Notes: generated by a model not told the origin, from the letters alone. A stretch of 64,000 nucleotides of DNA from Candidatus Kaiserbacteria bacterium (GCA_016186705.1 JACPLB010000004.1:12381-76380); one strand, 5' to 3'. Numbered from the stretch's first letter, positions 54,352 through 63,157 are shown. A program made the numbers and translations.

Positions 54352-55053
54352 TTATGAAAGGTGCGCAAATGTTGTAATCGTTCGACCAATATCCGTGCTT
54401 GTAAAGATGGCTGAACCGGACACGAGCCGCGTCGCGCCCGCGCGGACGAGCGCGGGCGCCGTTTCCATATTTACTCCGCCGTCAACGCTTATTATAAGGT
54501 GCGGGTGGAGGTGCCGCAAACTCTTGATTTTTTCGAGTACTCGTTTGTCAAACGGCTGTCCTTGGTAGCCGATTTTTTCAATGCCCATAAGCTGTACGAA
54601 ATCAATGTCGTGGATGTAGGGCTCAAGCGTCTCATTCGGCGTCGCGGTAGAAAGCGCGAGTCCGCGTTCAGTATGACAGATTCCCTCTTCGCTTTCGCGT
54701 GAGCACTCTTTCTCAATGCGTGAAATAATGTCGTGAATACTGTTCGTGCTCTCAATGTGAATGATAATCCGCCGTACTTGAAGAGCCATCCACTCCTGAA
54801 CAACTTTTTCCGGACGAGCAACCATCAAATCAACCTCGTATTCAATCTCGTCCCAGTACGGCAGACTTCCCTGTCGCACGCAGTCTTGAAATTCTTTTGT
54901 GCCAGAAGCGGTATACGGCCAGCTTTTCTCCGGCACGAATTCCCCGTCCATGACGTCAATTTGGACAAGCGGCACGAGCCCTTTTACCCGCGCAACTTTT
55001 CCGCGCAAGTCCTTAAGATTCTCTGGCATAATTGCCGGAATTATTTCGACCAT
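54352..55053 (-). CDS. rpe: Ribulose-phosphate 3-epimerase (TIM-barrel)
   Basis: …IPAIMPENL…VQIDVMDGEFVP… and …ISVDGGVN…, resembling RPE metal-binding and phosphate-binding motifs, in a pentose-phosphate gene cluster. Confidence 0.7.
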   Translation of the reverse strand: MVEIIPAIMPENLKDLRGKVARVKGLVPLVQIDVMDGEFVPEKSWPYTASGTKEFQDCVRQGSLPYWDEIEYEVDLMVARPEKVVQEWMALQVRRIIIHIESTNSIHDIISRIEKECSRESEEGICHTERGLALSTATPNETLEPYIHDIDFVQLMGIEKIGYQGQPFDKRVLEKIKSLRHLHPHLIISVDGGVNMETAPALVRAGATRLVSGSAIFTSTDIGRTITTFAHLS

Positions 55054-55055
55054 AG

Positions 55056-55514
55056 TTATCTGAAATTATCTTTTTCAATGCGAGATATTTTTTCAAGCCT
55101 TCGTACATGCCGCTCTTCCCCGCTAAAAGGAGTTGTGAGAAAAATTTTGACAATGTTTTTTATTTCTTCAATCGACATAACGTCAGCAGCAATGGTGATA
55201 ACATTGATATCGTCGTTTACCCGCGCGTGCCGTGCGGACTCGGGCGAGTACGCGATTGTCGCTCGCACACTTTTTACTTTATTGGCAACGACATCCATCC
55301 CTATGCCGGAACCGCAGAGAAAAACTCCCCGATATTCGAGAGGGTTCTCGGCGACCTTGAGCGCCCCATTATACGCAAAATCAGGGTAGTCATCATGTGG
55401 GTCGTGTGTGGACGCGCCCATGTCGCCGATGTCATACCCTCCCTCTTCTAGATGTTTCTTAAGCGCTTCTTTGAGTGTAAAACCGCGATGGTCTGCCGCG
55501 AGTATGACTTTCAT
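55056..55514 (-). CDS. rpiB: Ribose-5-phosphate isomerase B
   Basis: MKVILAADHRGFTLKEALKKHLEEGGYDIGDMG... and a C-terminal Cys-containing RpiB/LacAB fold. Confidence 0.85.
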   Translation of the reverse strand: MKVILAADHRGFTLKEALKKHLEEGGYDIGDMGASTHDPHDDYPDFAYNGALKVAENPLEYRGVFLCGSGIGMDVVANKVKSVRATIAYSPESARHARVNDDINVITIAADVMSIEEIKNIVKIFLTTPFSGEERHVRRLEKISRIEKDNFR

Positions 55515-55519
55515 TTCGT

Positions 55520-56542
55520 TTAGAGATAGTTGGCTGATATTTCAACGTGCTCTAGGAGCGCATTCGCGTACCCCATTTCGTTGTCGTACCACGAGAGCAC
55601 TTTGACGAGATTTTCCCCGACGACTCGCGTAAACGAGAGGTCTGCAATGGACGCGTAGGGACTGCCGATAATATCAGATGAGACAATCGGCTCGGTGGTA
55701 ACTGAAAAGACTCTTTTCCAACGGACTTCTTTTGACGCTTTTGTGAGAATGTCATTTATCTCTTCCGCCGTAACAGCGCGTTTCGCGATAAATGTCACAT
55801 CAACAATTGAGCCCACAACGACCGGCACGCGAATCGCGATGCCGTCAAACTTTCCTTCCAAAGACGTTATCGCTTTCGTCGTCGCAATGGCGGCGCCGGT
55901 TGTTGACGGAATAATGTTGTGCGCCGCCGCCCTCCCCTTCCTGAAGTCCTTCGTCGCTGGTCCGTCCACAAGACTCTGGGACGCAGTATAGCCGTGCACG
56001 GTATTAAGAAGCGCCTTTTCAATGCCAACTGCCTCGTCAAGAATCTGCATGAGAGGACTTCCGGCGTTTGTTGTGCACGATGCGTTTGAACTGATATCGC
56101 ATACTTTGAGTTTTTCTTCGTTCACCCCTATCAATACTGTCGCGCCGACAATGCCCTGTGGAGGCGCGTCTTTTACCGGAGCTGAGATAACGACACGTTT
56201 TGCGCCCGCATCAAGATGCACCTTAGATTTTTCATAACTGTCAAAGACACCGGTTGATTCAAGAACAATGTCTATGCCAAGTTTTTTCCATGGAAGCTTT
56301 GACGGGTCGCGTTCTTGCAGAAACGTAACATTCCGTCCGTTCACAACAAGTGCGCCCTTCTCTGTGTGTATGTCAAAATCACTTTTACCATACACGGAAT
56401 CATACTGGAGTAAGTATGCAAGATTCTCTAGATTCCCGAGATCGTTTATCGCGACGACTTCTATCGCTGTGCTCCCCTCGGCAAGCTTAAAAAACGCTCT
56501 CCCGATTCTTCCGAACCCGTTAATCGCAATCTTCTTTTTCAT
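55520..56542 (-). CDS. gap: Glyceraldehyde-3-phosphate dehydrogenase
   Basis: MKKKIAINGFGRIGR..., catalytic SNASCTTN motif, 340 aa. Confidence 0.9.
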   Translation of the reverse strand: MKKKIAINGFGRIGRAFFKLAEGSTAIEVVAINDLGNLENLAYLLQYDSVYGKSDFDIHTEKGALVVNGRNVTFLQERDPSKLPWKKLGIDIVLESTGVFDSYEKSKVHLDAGAKRVVISAPVKDAPPQGIVGATVLIGVNEEKLKVCDISSNASCTTNAGSPLMQILDEAVGIEKALLNTVHGYTASQSLVDGPATKDFRKGRAAAHNIIPSTTGAAIATTKAITSLEGKFDGIAIRVPVVVGSIVDVTFIAKRAVTAEEINDILTKASKEVRWKRVFSVTTEPIVSSDIIGSPYASIADLSFTRVVGENLVKVLSWYDNEMGYANALLEHVEISANYL

Positions 56543-56688
56543 ATAATCTTTATTATATCATTTTCTTGAAATATTCGATGTATACTTGCTTATCCTCAAA
56601 AACTTGACAAAGTCTTTAAACCTTAGAGATTAAGGAGAAAAAGGTATATAGTCAAAACAGTATTAAAATATATCGTTTTTCAGAGTCT

Positions 56689-57645
56689 ATGACAGTGTTA
56701 AGGAACAAGAATAAAAGCGGACAAGATATTGTTTACGGATGGGGCAAATGGAGTTCCAAAGATTCTAGGGACCCTCTTCCTGACTTTAGTAATGATTTTT
56801 GGATTAAATTAAAGCCTGTAAAGCGTAAGGTTGAAAATCTAAAAGAGGAATTATTGCTTTACGCCGAGAAATTCAGGGAAATCTTAAAGAAAAGATACAT
56901 TTTTGTCCTGATGAGCGGAGGTCTTGACGGGGAGATTATTGCAAGAACATTTCTGGAGTTAAAAATCCCCTTTACGGCCTTTATATGCGAGTTTACTGAC
57001 TTTTCAAATAAGCACGATATAGATTATGCGAAAAGATTCTGCGACAAGTTCAATGTTGACAAGTACATCTACAGAATGAACAGCGCGGAATTTTATGAAG
57101 AGATTGTTAAAACCCAAAGAAAGGGTGTTATCTTTAATATTTTGGTTGTCCACCAGGTGTATGAAATAGCGTCTTACATCATCAAATCATTGAATGGCTA
57201 TTGCATAAGCACTTTGGGATCCTCTGTTTCATCGTCCACAATAATCAGCCATAATAAGGGAGATCATTTTTTTCATTTTCTCTCGGACAGCTACAAGCTA
57301 AGAACTTTGCTGAGAGGCTTTTATGACCATTTCACCAGCAGTGAGCTGTTACTGGCAAATATCGGCGATGAAATAGCACTAAAAAATTATAAAAAGATAA
57401 CTAATAATGAGGAGGCGATAGAATTGAGAAATAAAATTTATTCTCATTACTACCCTGATTTAGAAAAACGCCCGAAGTATCACGGCTGGGAACATGAAAA
57501 AAGAATACAGTTCATATTCAGAAAAAGGGTTAGGGATGTTTATCCACTGCTTTATCCAGAACACAGGTTTCAGGAATTTAAATTAGGCTACGAACGCGCT
57601 CTTGAATTATTGGGACGAAAAACAATCAAAGATGGAGACAATTGA
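56689..57645 (+). CDS. PP-loop (adenine-nucleotide alpha-hydrolase) ATP-pyrophosphatase family protein of unknown specificity
   Basis: …RYIFVLMSGGLDGEIIARTF… matches the SGGxD(S/G) PP-loop of the QueC/Asn-synthetase/TilS/argininosuccinate-synthase superfamily. The gene and its flanks are markedly AT-rich relative to neighbours. Confidence 0.5.
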   Translation: MTVLRNKNKSGQDIVYGWGKWSSKDSRDPLPDFSNDFWIKLKPVKRKVENLKEELLLYAEKFREILKKRYIFVLMSGGLDGEIIARTFLELKIPFTAFICEFTDFSNKHDIDYAKRFCDKFNVDKYIYRMNSAEFYEEIVKTQRKGVIFNILVVHQVYEIASYIIKSLNGYCISTLGSSVSSSTIISHNKGDHFFHFLSDSYKLRTLLRGFYDHFTSSELLLANIGDEIALKNYKKITNNEEAIELRNKIYSHYYPDLEKRPKYHGWEHEKRIQFIFRKRVRDVYPLLYPEHRFQEFKLGYERALELLGRKTIKDGDN

Positions 57646-57841
57646 CAAAACCGACAAATCTCCGATTCCGCGCTGCAACTACTGCGGCGAATGGAAATGG
57701 GACAAAGGGCTCACCACAAAAGATATAATCCACAGTGTCAAGGATTTAAAAACTGGAGAATGCCAAATCGTCAAGTCTATTTTTACCGTTTGTAAAGACA
57801 GGCAATGCGGGGAATGCCTTGAATTGGCTTACAAATACTAA
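57632..57841 (+). CDS. Small Cys-rich (CxxC...C...C...CxxC) protein, Zn-ribbon-like
   Basis: METIDKTDKSPIPRCNYCGEWKWDKG...CQIVKSIFTVCKDRQCGEC... It overlaps the 3' end of the PP-loop gene. An alternative start at 57602 is possible. Confidence 0.35.
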   Translation: METIDKTDKSPIPRCNYCGEWKWDKGLTTKDIIHSVKDLKTGECQIVKSIFTVCKDRQCGECLELAYKY

Positions 57842-57900
57842 ACAAGGTTTCGTAGAGGTTTTTAAAAACGACGTTTTTAGACTCTTAATCTATCTAAAAA

Positions 57901-58854
57901 TTACACGACCTGAACAAGAGTAGATACCCCATTTCCGCCTGACGGACCTGTAGAACCAGAGGAACCTCCGGGACTTCCACCGGCTCCGCCACCTCCCCCT
58001 GCTCCTCCCGCAACAGATACGGAACCGCTGTTTGATAAAGTGCCTTTATAAAGTAATATAACACGTCCACCTCCTGCCCCGCCGCCGCCATTGCCGCCAC
58101 CGCCTCCCTGACAATCTCCCCCTCCGCTTGCGTTTTCTCCGTTACCTCCCCCTCCGCCGTCTCCTCCGATAGCAGAAATGATACCACTTGCGCCTATTGT
58201 CAGATTGCCTCCAACAATAAGAATTAATGCACCTCCTCTTGCCGTTGAGCCTGCACCTCCCGAACCGCCCTGACCAACTGTGCAACCAGATTCTGGTCCT
58301 CCACCTCCTCCGGCGGCGCCATTGCCTCCCGCACCTCCTGTTCCCCCTCCTCCGGCAGTGCCAGCACTTCCTCCTCCACCGCCTCCAGTCTGGTCTGTAA
58401 CTCCACTTGCTCCGCTTGCCGCGCCTGGCTGCGCTGATCGGTATTTTGAAAAAGTTCCCGTTGGAACTCCCGTGGTCGGCTGATTTGATTCGCTTGGAAA
58501 TAAAGTGTCCGCCGCTGCTCCGTTATTTGCTCCGGGGTCGACAAACCGCGAGACATCAATATCTTCTGCAGTATAAGATACCCCCAAGCCGTTCATGTGC
58601 AATGTCCCGTTGATGGTGCAATTTCCCTTCACGTAAATCAACATGGCTGCGCACGCAGAGCCGGAAGTTAAATTTACTCCGGAATTGATTATCAGAGAAT
58701 TATAATTTTTTAGAGCGACATTGCTTACAGGTGCGATTGTTGTATTCGTGGAAATCGTCACATCACCGTCACTGCCATCCCCAAAATAATTTTCTATCGA
58801 ACCCCCACCGGCGGCGCCGAGGAGTGTTTTGAATGACGTTCCAAAGGGAGACAT
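57901..58854 (-). CDS. Glycine-rich repeat protein (N-terminal ~150-aa domain plus long GGxGG/GGNG solenoid-like repeats), no signal peptide
   Basis: …IENYFGDGSDGDVTISTNTTI… N-terminal domain, then >150 aa of Gly-rich repeats separated by short hydrophobic beta-like blocks (ALILIVGGNLTIG…, RVILLYKGTLSN…). Confidence 0.55.
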   Translation of the reverse strand: MSPFGTSFKTLLGAAGGGSIENYFGDGSDGDVTISTNTTIAPVSNVALKNYNSLIINSGVNLTSGSACAAMLIYVKGNCTINGTLHMNGLGVSYTAEDIDVSRFVDPGANNGAAADTLFPSESNQPTTGVPTGTFSKYRSAQPGAASGASGVTDQTGGGGGGSAGTAGGGGTGGAGGNGAAGGGGGPESGCTVGQGGSGGAGSTARGGALILIVGGNLTIGASGIISAIGGDGGGGGNGENASGGGDCQGGGGGNGGGGAGGGRVILLYKGTLSNSGSVSVAGGAGGGGGAGGSPGGSSGSTGPSGGNGVSTLVQVV

Positions 58855-58873
58855 GGGAGATCTGTAAAGTTAT

Positions 58874-59233
58874 CTAGCTCATATTGAGACCTGCGGCAAA
58901 TCCATACCAAATGGTACCGCCGTCTATCGTAACAAAAGTGAGGATGTCAACGCCGGCGGCAGTCAAGGTTGGGGCTGTTCCTCCTGCCCAATCAACTGAC
59001 GCCGGCCAGTTGACCGTTTGCGACCCGCCGTTTGTGAGAATAAGGGTAAAACTTCCTGCCGTGCCCGACGCGGGAGCGCCGGAAAAAGTAAACGTTGTGG
59101 TAGACGTGTCTATTGTTCCTGTAACAACATTTCCGAGGGCAATATTAATATCTTGAGTACCGCCTCCGATTGAACCAATTGCATTTACGCTCTCGGCGCG
59201 CACAATGATTGGAGATGTAAACTTAATTGCCAT
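58874..59233 (-). CDS. Hypothetical Thr/Gly-rich beta-strand protein
   Basis: MAIKFTSPIIVRAES...TFTFSGAPASGTAGSFTLILTNGG...TIWYGFAAGLNMS. An earlier ATG at 59254 is also possible. It is co-directional with and tightly spaced to its neighbours. Confidence 0.4.
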   Translation of the reverse strand: MAIKFTSPIIVRAESVNAIGSIGGGTQDINIALGNVVTGTIDTSTTTFTFSGAPASGTAGSFTLILTNGGSQTVNWPASVDWAGGTAPTLTAAGVDILTFVTIDGGTIWYGFAAGLNMS

Positions 59234-59489
59234 AGTATAAATCCTTTTTATCAATACTTAAAACCTCTTCTCCTTTTTTGTTATACAATTTTAATTCTGA
59301 GTCGCTCTCAACAACCTTGAAATATTTAAGCATCTTAATGTCGAGTGTTTCTTTTTTATTGAAGAAACTAAGGTACGGGGCAAGAATGTTTCCAAGAACA
59401 AAAGAAACCGATCCAAAAAGCAGAATTTTTAAAAAGTTTCTTCTTTCTCCCGAGATGGGTGGTATATTCTTACGTTTTCCTGTCTCCAT
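59223..59489 (-). CDS. Small protein with a twin-arginine (Tat) signal peptide
   Basis: …SGERRNFLKILLFGSVSFVLGNILA… matches S/T-R-R-x-F-L-K followed by an h-region and AxA-like site. The mature part is ~55 aa. It lies directly downstream of tatA. Confidence 0.5.
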   Translation of the reverse strand: METGKRKNIPPISGERRNFLKILLFGSVSFVLGNILAPYLSFFNKKETLDIKMLKYFKVVESDSELKLYNKKGEEVLSIDKKDLYYGN

Positions 59490-59538
59490 ACGTATGTACT
59501 TACGCGTTCAAGTCAGCAAAGCAGACTCTCGCCAACAC

Positions 59539-59730
59539 CTATTGATGGGACGGTGTGTCTGAATTTTTATCATCTGCCAGCTCCGTTTCAATTTCTTTTT
59601 TCCCTTTTTTGAATTCCCCACTGAATCTTCCTAAACTGCGGGCAAATTCCGTTATCTTCTTGCCGCCAAAAAACAAAATGCCAATGGCAAGTACGATAAT
59701 TAAGATTTCCGGCAATCCAAGTCCAAACAT
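59539..59730 (-). CDS. tatA: Sec-independent protein translocase TatA/E
   Basis: MFGLGLPEILIIVLAIGILFFGGKKITEFARSLG is the canonical TatA TM plus amphipathic helix. Confidence 0.85.
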   Translation of the reverse strand: MFGLGLPEILIIVLAIGILFFGGKKITEFARSLGRFSGEFKKGKKEIETELADDKNSDTPSHQ

Positions 59731-59740
59731 ATATTAAGTG

Positions 59741-60490
59741 TTATTTACTGATAATAATTCCGACCAAATATAAAGTGACAAGGGGCAGGGACAAGAATGC
59801 CATTGAGACTCCGCTTCCATCCGGTGTTATGATGGCGGAAAATAGTAAAAATGATATGAGTGCGTACCGCCACTGTTTTTTCCAGAAATGTTCGGGCGTT
59901 AATCCTATGCGGCTTAAGAGAAACATAAACACCGGCAATAAAAATGATACGCCAGTGACAATAACGATTGAAAAGACAAGACTGATGAATTCGGGTACGG
60001 AGAAGAGCAAGGTGGCTCCGATTGCTGATGCATAGGTATACAGAAAAGAGAGCGTCGGCGGAATAATAACAGTGTAAGCAAAAAATGCTCCGAGAAGAAA
60101 CAAAAGCATTGACGGAAAGAGTGTCATGCTCAATAATTTCCGTTCATGAAGATGTAGTGCCGGTATCATATAAGTGGTTATTTTGTACAAAAAATACGGG
60201 AGTGTGAGAAGCAGTGACAATAGTGTGGCAATCAGCGCCTGTGATACAAATGCGCTTATGGGGTTGGTAACCACAAGCTCAACATTGTCAGGCATCAGAT
60301 CATTCTTCATCTTCTCAAAAAGAATTGCTGAAAAAGACTGCTTGTCCGGGACGGGAAACGGGAACAAAATACCGCCGATTTTGACATTCGTAAACCCGAA
60401 GAAAAAGAAAAAGGCGGAAAGTAAAAGAATGCTGATGCCCAAGTGAAGTATGGCGCTTCTCAGTGTGCGCCATTCAGTTGCGAATGCCAT
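59741..60490 (-). CDS. tatC: Sec-independent protein translocase TatC
   Basis: Six-TM protein with the TatC signature …LTPEHFWKKQWRYALISFLLFSAIITPDGSGVSMAFLSLP…. Confidence 0.85.
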   Translation of the reverse strand: MAFATEWRTLRSAILHLGISILLLSAFFFFFGFTNVKIGGILFPFPVPDKQSFSAILFEKMKNDLMPDNVELVVTNPISAFVSQALIATLLSLLLTLPYFLYKITTYMIPALHLHERKLLSMTLFPSMLLFLLGAFFAYTVIIPPTLSFLYTYASAIGATLLFSVPEFISLVFSIVIVTGVSFLLPVFMFLLSRIGLTPEHFWKKQWRYALISFLLFSAIITPDGSGVSMAFLSLPLVTLYLVGIIISK

Positions 60491-60652
60491 ACATGCTTGC
60501 TTAAAGCAGATTGCGCAAATCCCCGCACACGGCAGGGGTGTTAATTATTGCATTGTTTCGCATCTGTGAATATATTATACGACAGCGATAGCCCCTTTTC
60601 CAAACAACGAAGTGTGGATAAGACGCAACTGCTGTATTATCGGTTTATATAT

Positions 60653-60994
60653 TTAGACCTCTTTTTTCCAAAATTGATGTAGTATCTTGCACGGTTCAAT
60701 AATGCGAGGGTCTCTCACCGTATAATACATATTTCTTCCATCCCGCCGCACCTTTACTAGATAATGTGCGCGGAGGATGGCTAAATGCTGGGAAAGGTTT
60801 GCTTTGCGAATCTTAAGGGCCTTTCGGAGTTCTTCAACTGTTAATTCCCTCTTTTTAAGAATATTTAGAATTTCAAGGCGTTTATGATTGGCTAAAATTC
60901 TGTAAATTAAGGCGTTCCTTTCGTACGTTTCTTGCGGAAATGGAGAAAGGTGTTTTATGGCACGTATACTGTTTCGTTTTTTTGCTTTTTTCAT
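60653..60994 (-). CDS. ArsR/SmtB-family HTH transcriptional regulator
   Basis: …LANHKRLEILNILKKRELTVEELRKALKIRKANLSQHLAILRAHYLVKVRRDGRNMYY… (winged HTH of the ArsR family). Confidence 0.8.
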   Translation of the reverse strand: MKKAKKRNSIRAIKHLSPFPQETYERNALIYRILANHKRLEILNILKKRELTVEELRKALKIRKANLSQHLAILRAHYLVKVRRDGRNMYYTVRDPRIIEPCKILHQFWKKEV

Positions 60995-61006
60995 ATCATT
61001 GCTTCA

Positions 61007-61531
61007 TTACGCCTTATTGCGGACAAAAAGGAATGCCAGCAATCCGCCGAGAAAGAAGCTGAGGAGGGAAAGAAACAAAGTGTTTCCGAAGGAGGAGCCC
61101 TCCCCTTTGAGAATCTCAAGAGGGAACGTTACTTCTGTTAGCGCTTCTTCATCTCTCTGAAATCGGACGGAAACAGTGTATATCCCTTCTTCCGGAAACG
61201 TGTAGAGCACTCCGATCGGGCCGAATTCAGGGCGATGAATGCCGCTTGCAAAGACGGTCCTCTTTTCTTTTTCGATACGAAGCCATACGTCGGAGAATTC
61301 TATCGGTACTCCGCTCTTCTCGTCATATATGGCGAAGTCAAGACGCATGGACTCGCCGGAAGCGATCGTTGGGGGGTCGTAGGCGATATCAACTTGGTAA
61401 CCGTCTACGACCTCTTCATACGATTGTCCAAAACCATGTCCAAAAGCTATGAATGGAAGTGTGAACAAAAACACTGCGACAAAAACGGAGACGTGGTAAC
61501 GAAAACATACTGTATGCACTAGGGAAAACAT
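61007..61531 (-). CDS. Secreted, C-terminally membrane-anchored protein with a predicted N-terminal His after signal cleavage (possible metal-binding Ig-like domain)
   Basis: Signal peptide MFSLVHTVCFRYHVSVFVAVFLFTLPFIAFG|HGFGQ..., beta-rich middle, C-terminal TM (LFLSLLSFFLGGLLAFLFV). The ATG at 61531 was verified. It lies next to the ArsR regulator. Confidence 0.45.
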   Translation of the reverse strand: MFSLVHTVCFRYHVSVFVAVFLFTLPFIAFGHGFGQSYEEVVDGYQVDIAYDPPTIASGESMRLDFAIYDEKSGVPIEFSDVWLRIEKEKRTVFASGIHRPEFGPIGVLYTFPEEGIYTVSVRFQRDEEALTEVTFPLEILKGEGSSFGNTLFLSLLSFFLGGLLAFLFVRNKA

Positions 61532-61618
61532 TTCTAGAAAATTATTGTGTACAGTATACCACAATGAAACAAGCGCCTCCTTTACATGAGATGTACCCTC
61601 TCTAGAACGCAGGTGTCT

Positions 61619-62752
61619 TTATTGAGATTCAGTTGTCGTTGCGGTTTCTTCTGTACTCGACGGAGTCGAGCTTTCAGGAGAGGCGTTTTCAGAATCAAGA
61701 GTGGTTTCCGTTGTTGTTGCAGATTCGTCTGAAACCGGGGTCGTTGATGCGGTTGAAGTAATTCCGGTGCCGACAATTACAGTGCGCTCCGCAGTGCCGG
61801 TATTCCCCGCCTGGTCGGTCGCGCTGTAGGTAATGATATGCGTTCCGTCAGATGACGTATCGACATTGACATTCGTTACATCTGCACCGTTGACTTTAAA
61901 GTGAATGCCGAGATTGTCACTTACATTGTCCGTTACGACTGCTCCAAGGTCAACGTATGATGAGCCGACAGAAATTTCCGCAGGATTATTTCCGTTAACG
62001 GTGATGACCGGCGGCGCGGTATCTGAAGAAGAAGTCACAGTCGAAGCGGTTTGGGTATCGCTCTCGGCAAGCAATTCTCGCACCGCCTCCTCTACAATCT
62101 GCCTTATCTCTTCTCTGCTTGGGGCGGGAGGTGTCGTTGCTACCGCCTCCTCTTGAGGAGGGACTTCGGCGACATGGGGAGGAGAAACTCCCGCCGCGAC
62201 TGGCGGTTTCTCTTCAGAGATAACCGGGACATATCCTTCGAAAATTTCCTCTTTCGGGCTTAACAGCTTCCCAACAAGACCGGAGTATTCCGTCGTTGCG
62301 ATTTTCTGCGTCACCCCCTTATTTCTCTCTACCGTCTGCGCTTCCCTAAAATACGAGAGTTTCGCATCGACAACTTGTCCGAGCTGTTCTGCAACATATC
62401 GCCCTAAGTCACGCCTCCCAAGCGCTACCTTTGACACAGTGAGCACTTCTTTTACCGTGTCGTTTTTCCAGACGTAATCTTTAACGGCAATCGTATTGTA
62501 CGTGTATGTAACATAGTATGAAGTATTGTCTTCTTCAACCGAGACGACCCGGAGCTCCGGATCAAAGGTGTCTATATTCGCAGAGACAATAAAACTATTG
62601 TCAACTGAACGCACAATTGTTTGACTTGAGAGAACCGCGTCGCGGGCGTCAGGACTTGCCGCAAATGCCGCGCCGGCGCCGAGGAAAATAACCCCAAATA
62701 TAATTGGAACCGCGTTATGGTATGTAATGAAATGTATAAGCTTCTGAAGCAT
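61619..62752 (-). CDS. Secreted protein with an Ig-like (HYR/DUF5011-like) domain and Ser/Thr-rich C-terminus
   Basis: Signal peptide (…IIFGVIFLGAGAAFAAS); …DNLGIHFKVNGADVTNVNVDTSSDGTHIITYSATDQAGNTGTAERTVIV…; C-terminal TSTASTTPVSDESATTTETT low-complexity tail. Confidence 0.55.
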   Translation of the reverse strand: MLQKLIHFITYHNAVPIIFGVIFLGAGAAFAASPDARDAVLSSQTIVRSVDNSFIVSANIDTFDPELRVVSVEEDNTSYYVTYTYNTIAVKDYVWKNDTVKEVLTVSKVALGRRDLGRYVAEQLGQVVDAKLSYFREAQTVERNKGVTQKIATTEYSGLVGKLLSPKEEIFEGYVPVISEEKPPVAAGVSPPHVAEVPPQEEAVATTPPAPSREEIRQIVEEAVRELLAESDTQTASTVTSSSDTAPPVITVNGNNPAEISVGSSYVDLGAVVTDNVSDNLGIHFKVNGADVTNVNVDTSSDGTHIITYSATDQAGNTGTAERTVIVGTGITSTASTTPVSDESATTTETTLDSENASPESSTPSSTEETATTTESQ

Positions 62753-62820
62753 GTATTACAACATCTTCATTATATAATACTAGTAGAGAACACCCAAAAT
62801 GTCTCAATATACTATATACA

Positions 62821-63063
62821 CTATTCAAGAAAACCCCCGCAACTAACGAAAAGAAGGGTGTTTTTATTGTTTTGTATGTGACTCCCTAGGACGCACGCGT
62901 TATCACGGGCACTCTCTGCGACAGTGATTGCTCTTGTGGAATAGACTGATTTGATAATCAAGCTATATAAGAGGGACGAGACGCCGATGACGCCAAGGAC
63001 AAACAAAGAAATGATTTTGAATTCCCTTGATATTTTCATGTTAAGACATATATATCTTATCAT
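62821..63063 (-). CDS. Possible small membrane protein (weak)
   Basis: One TM (IISLFVLGVIGVSSLLYSLII); AT-rich region; no further support. Confidence 0.2.
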   Translation of the reverse strand: MIRYICLNMKISREFKIISLFVLGVIGVSSLLYSLIIKSVYSTRAITVAESARDNACVLGSHIQNNKNTLLFVSCGGFLE

Positions 63064-63157
63064 AAGGCACGGCGTGATTGCATATGTCGTTATACACCTA
63101 TACCTTTATGGATATTCATCTTACCGTGAATATAAATCTGCCGTATCGAGTTTTATC

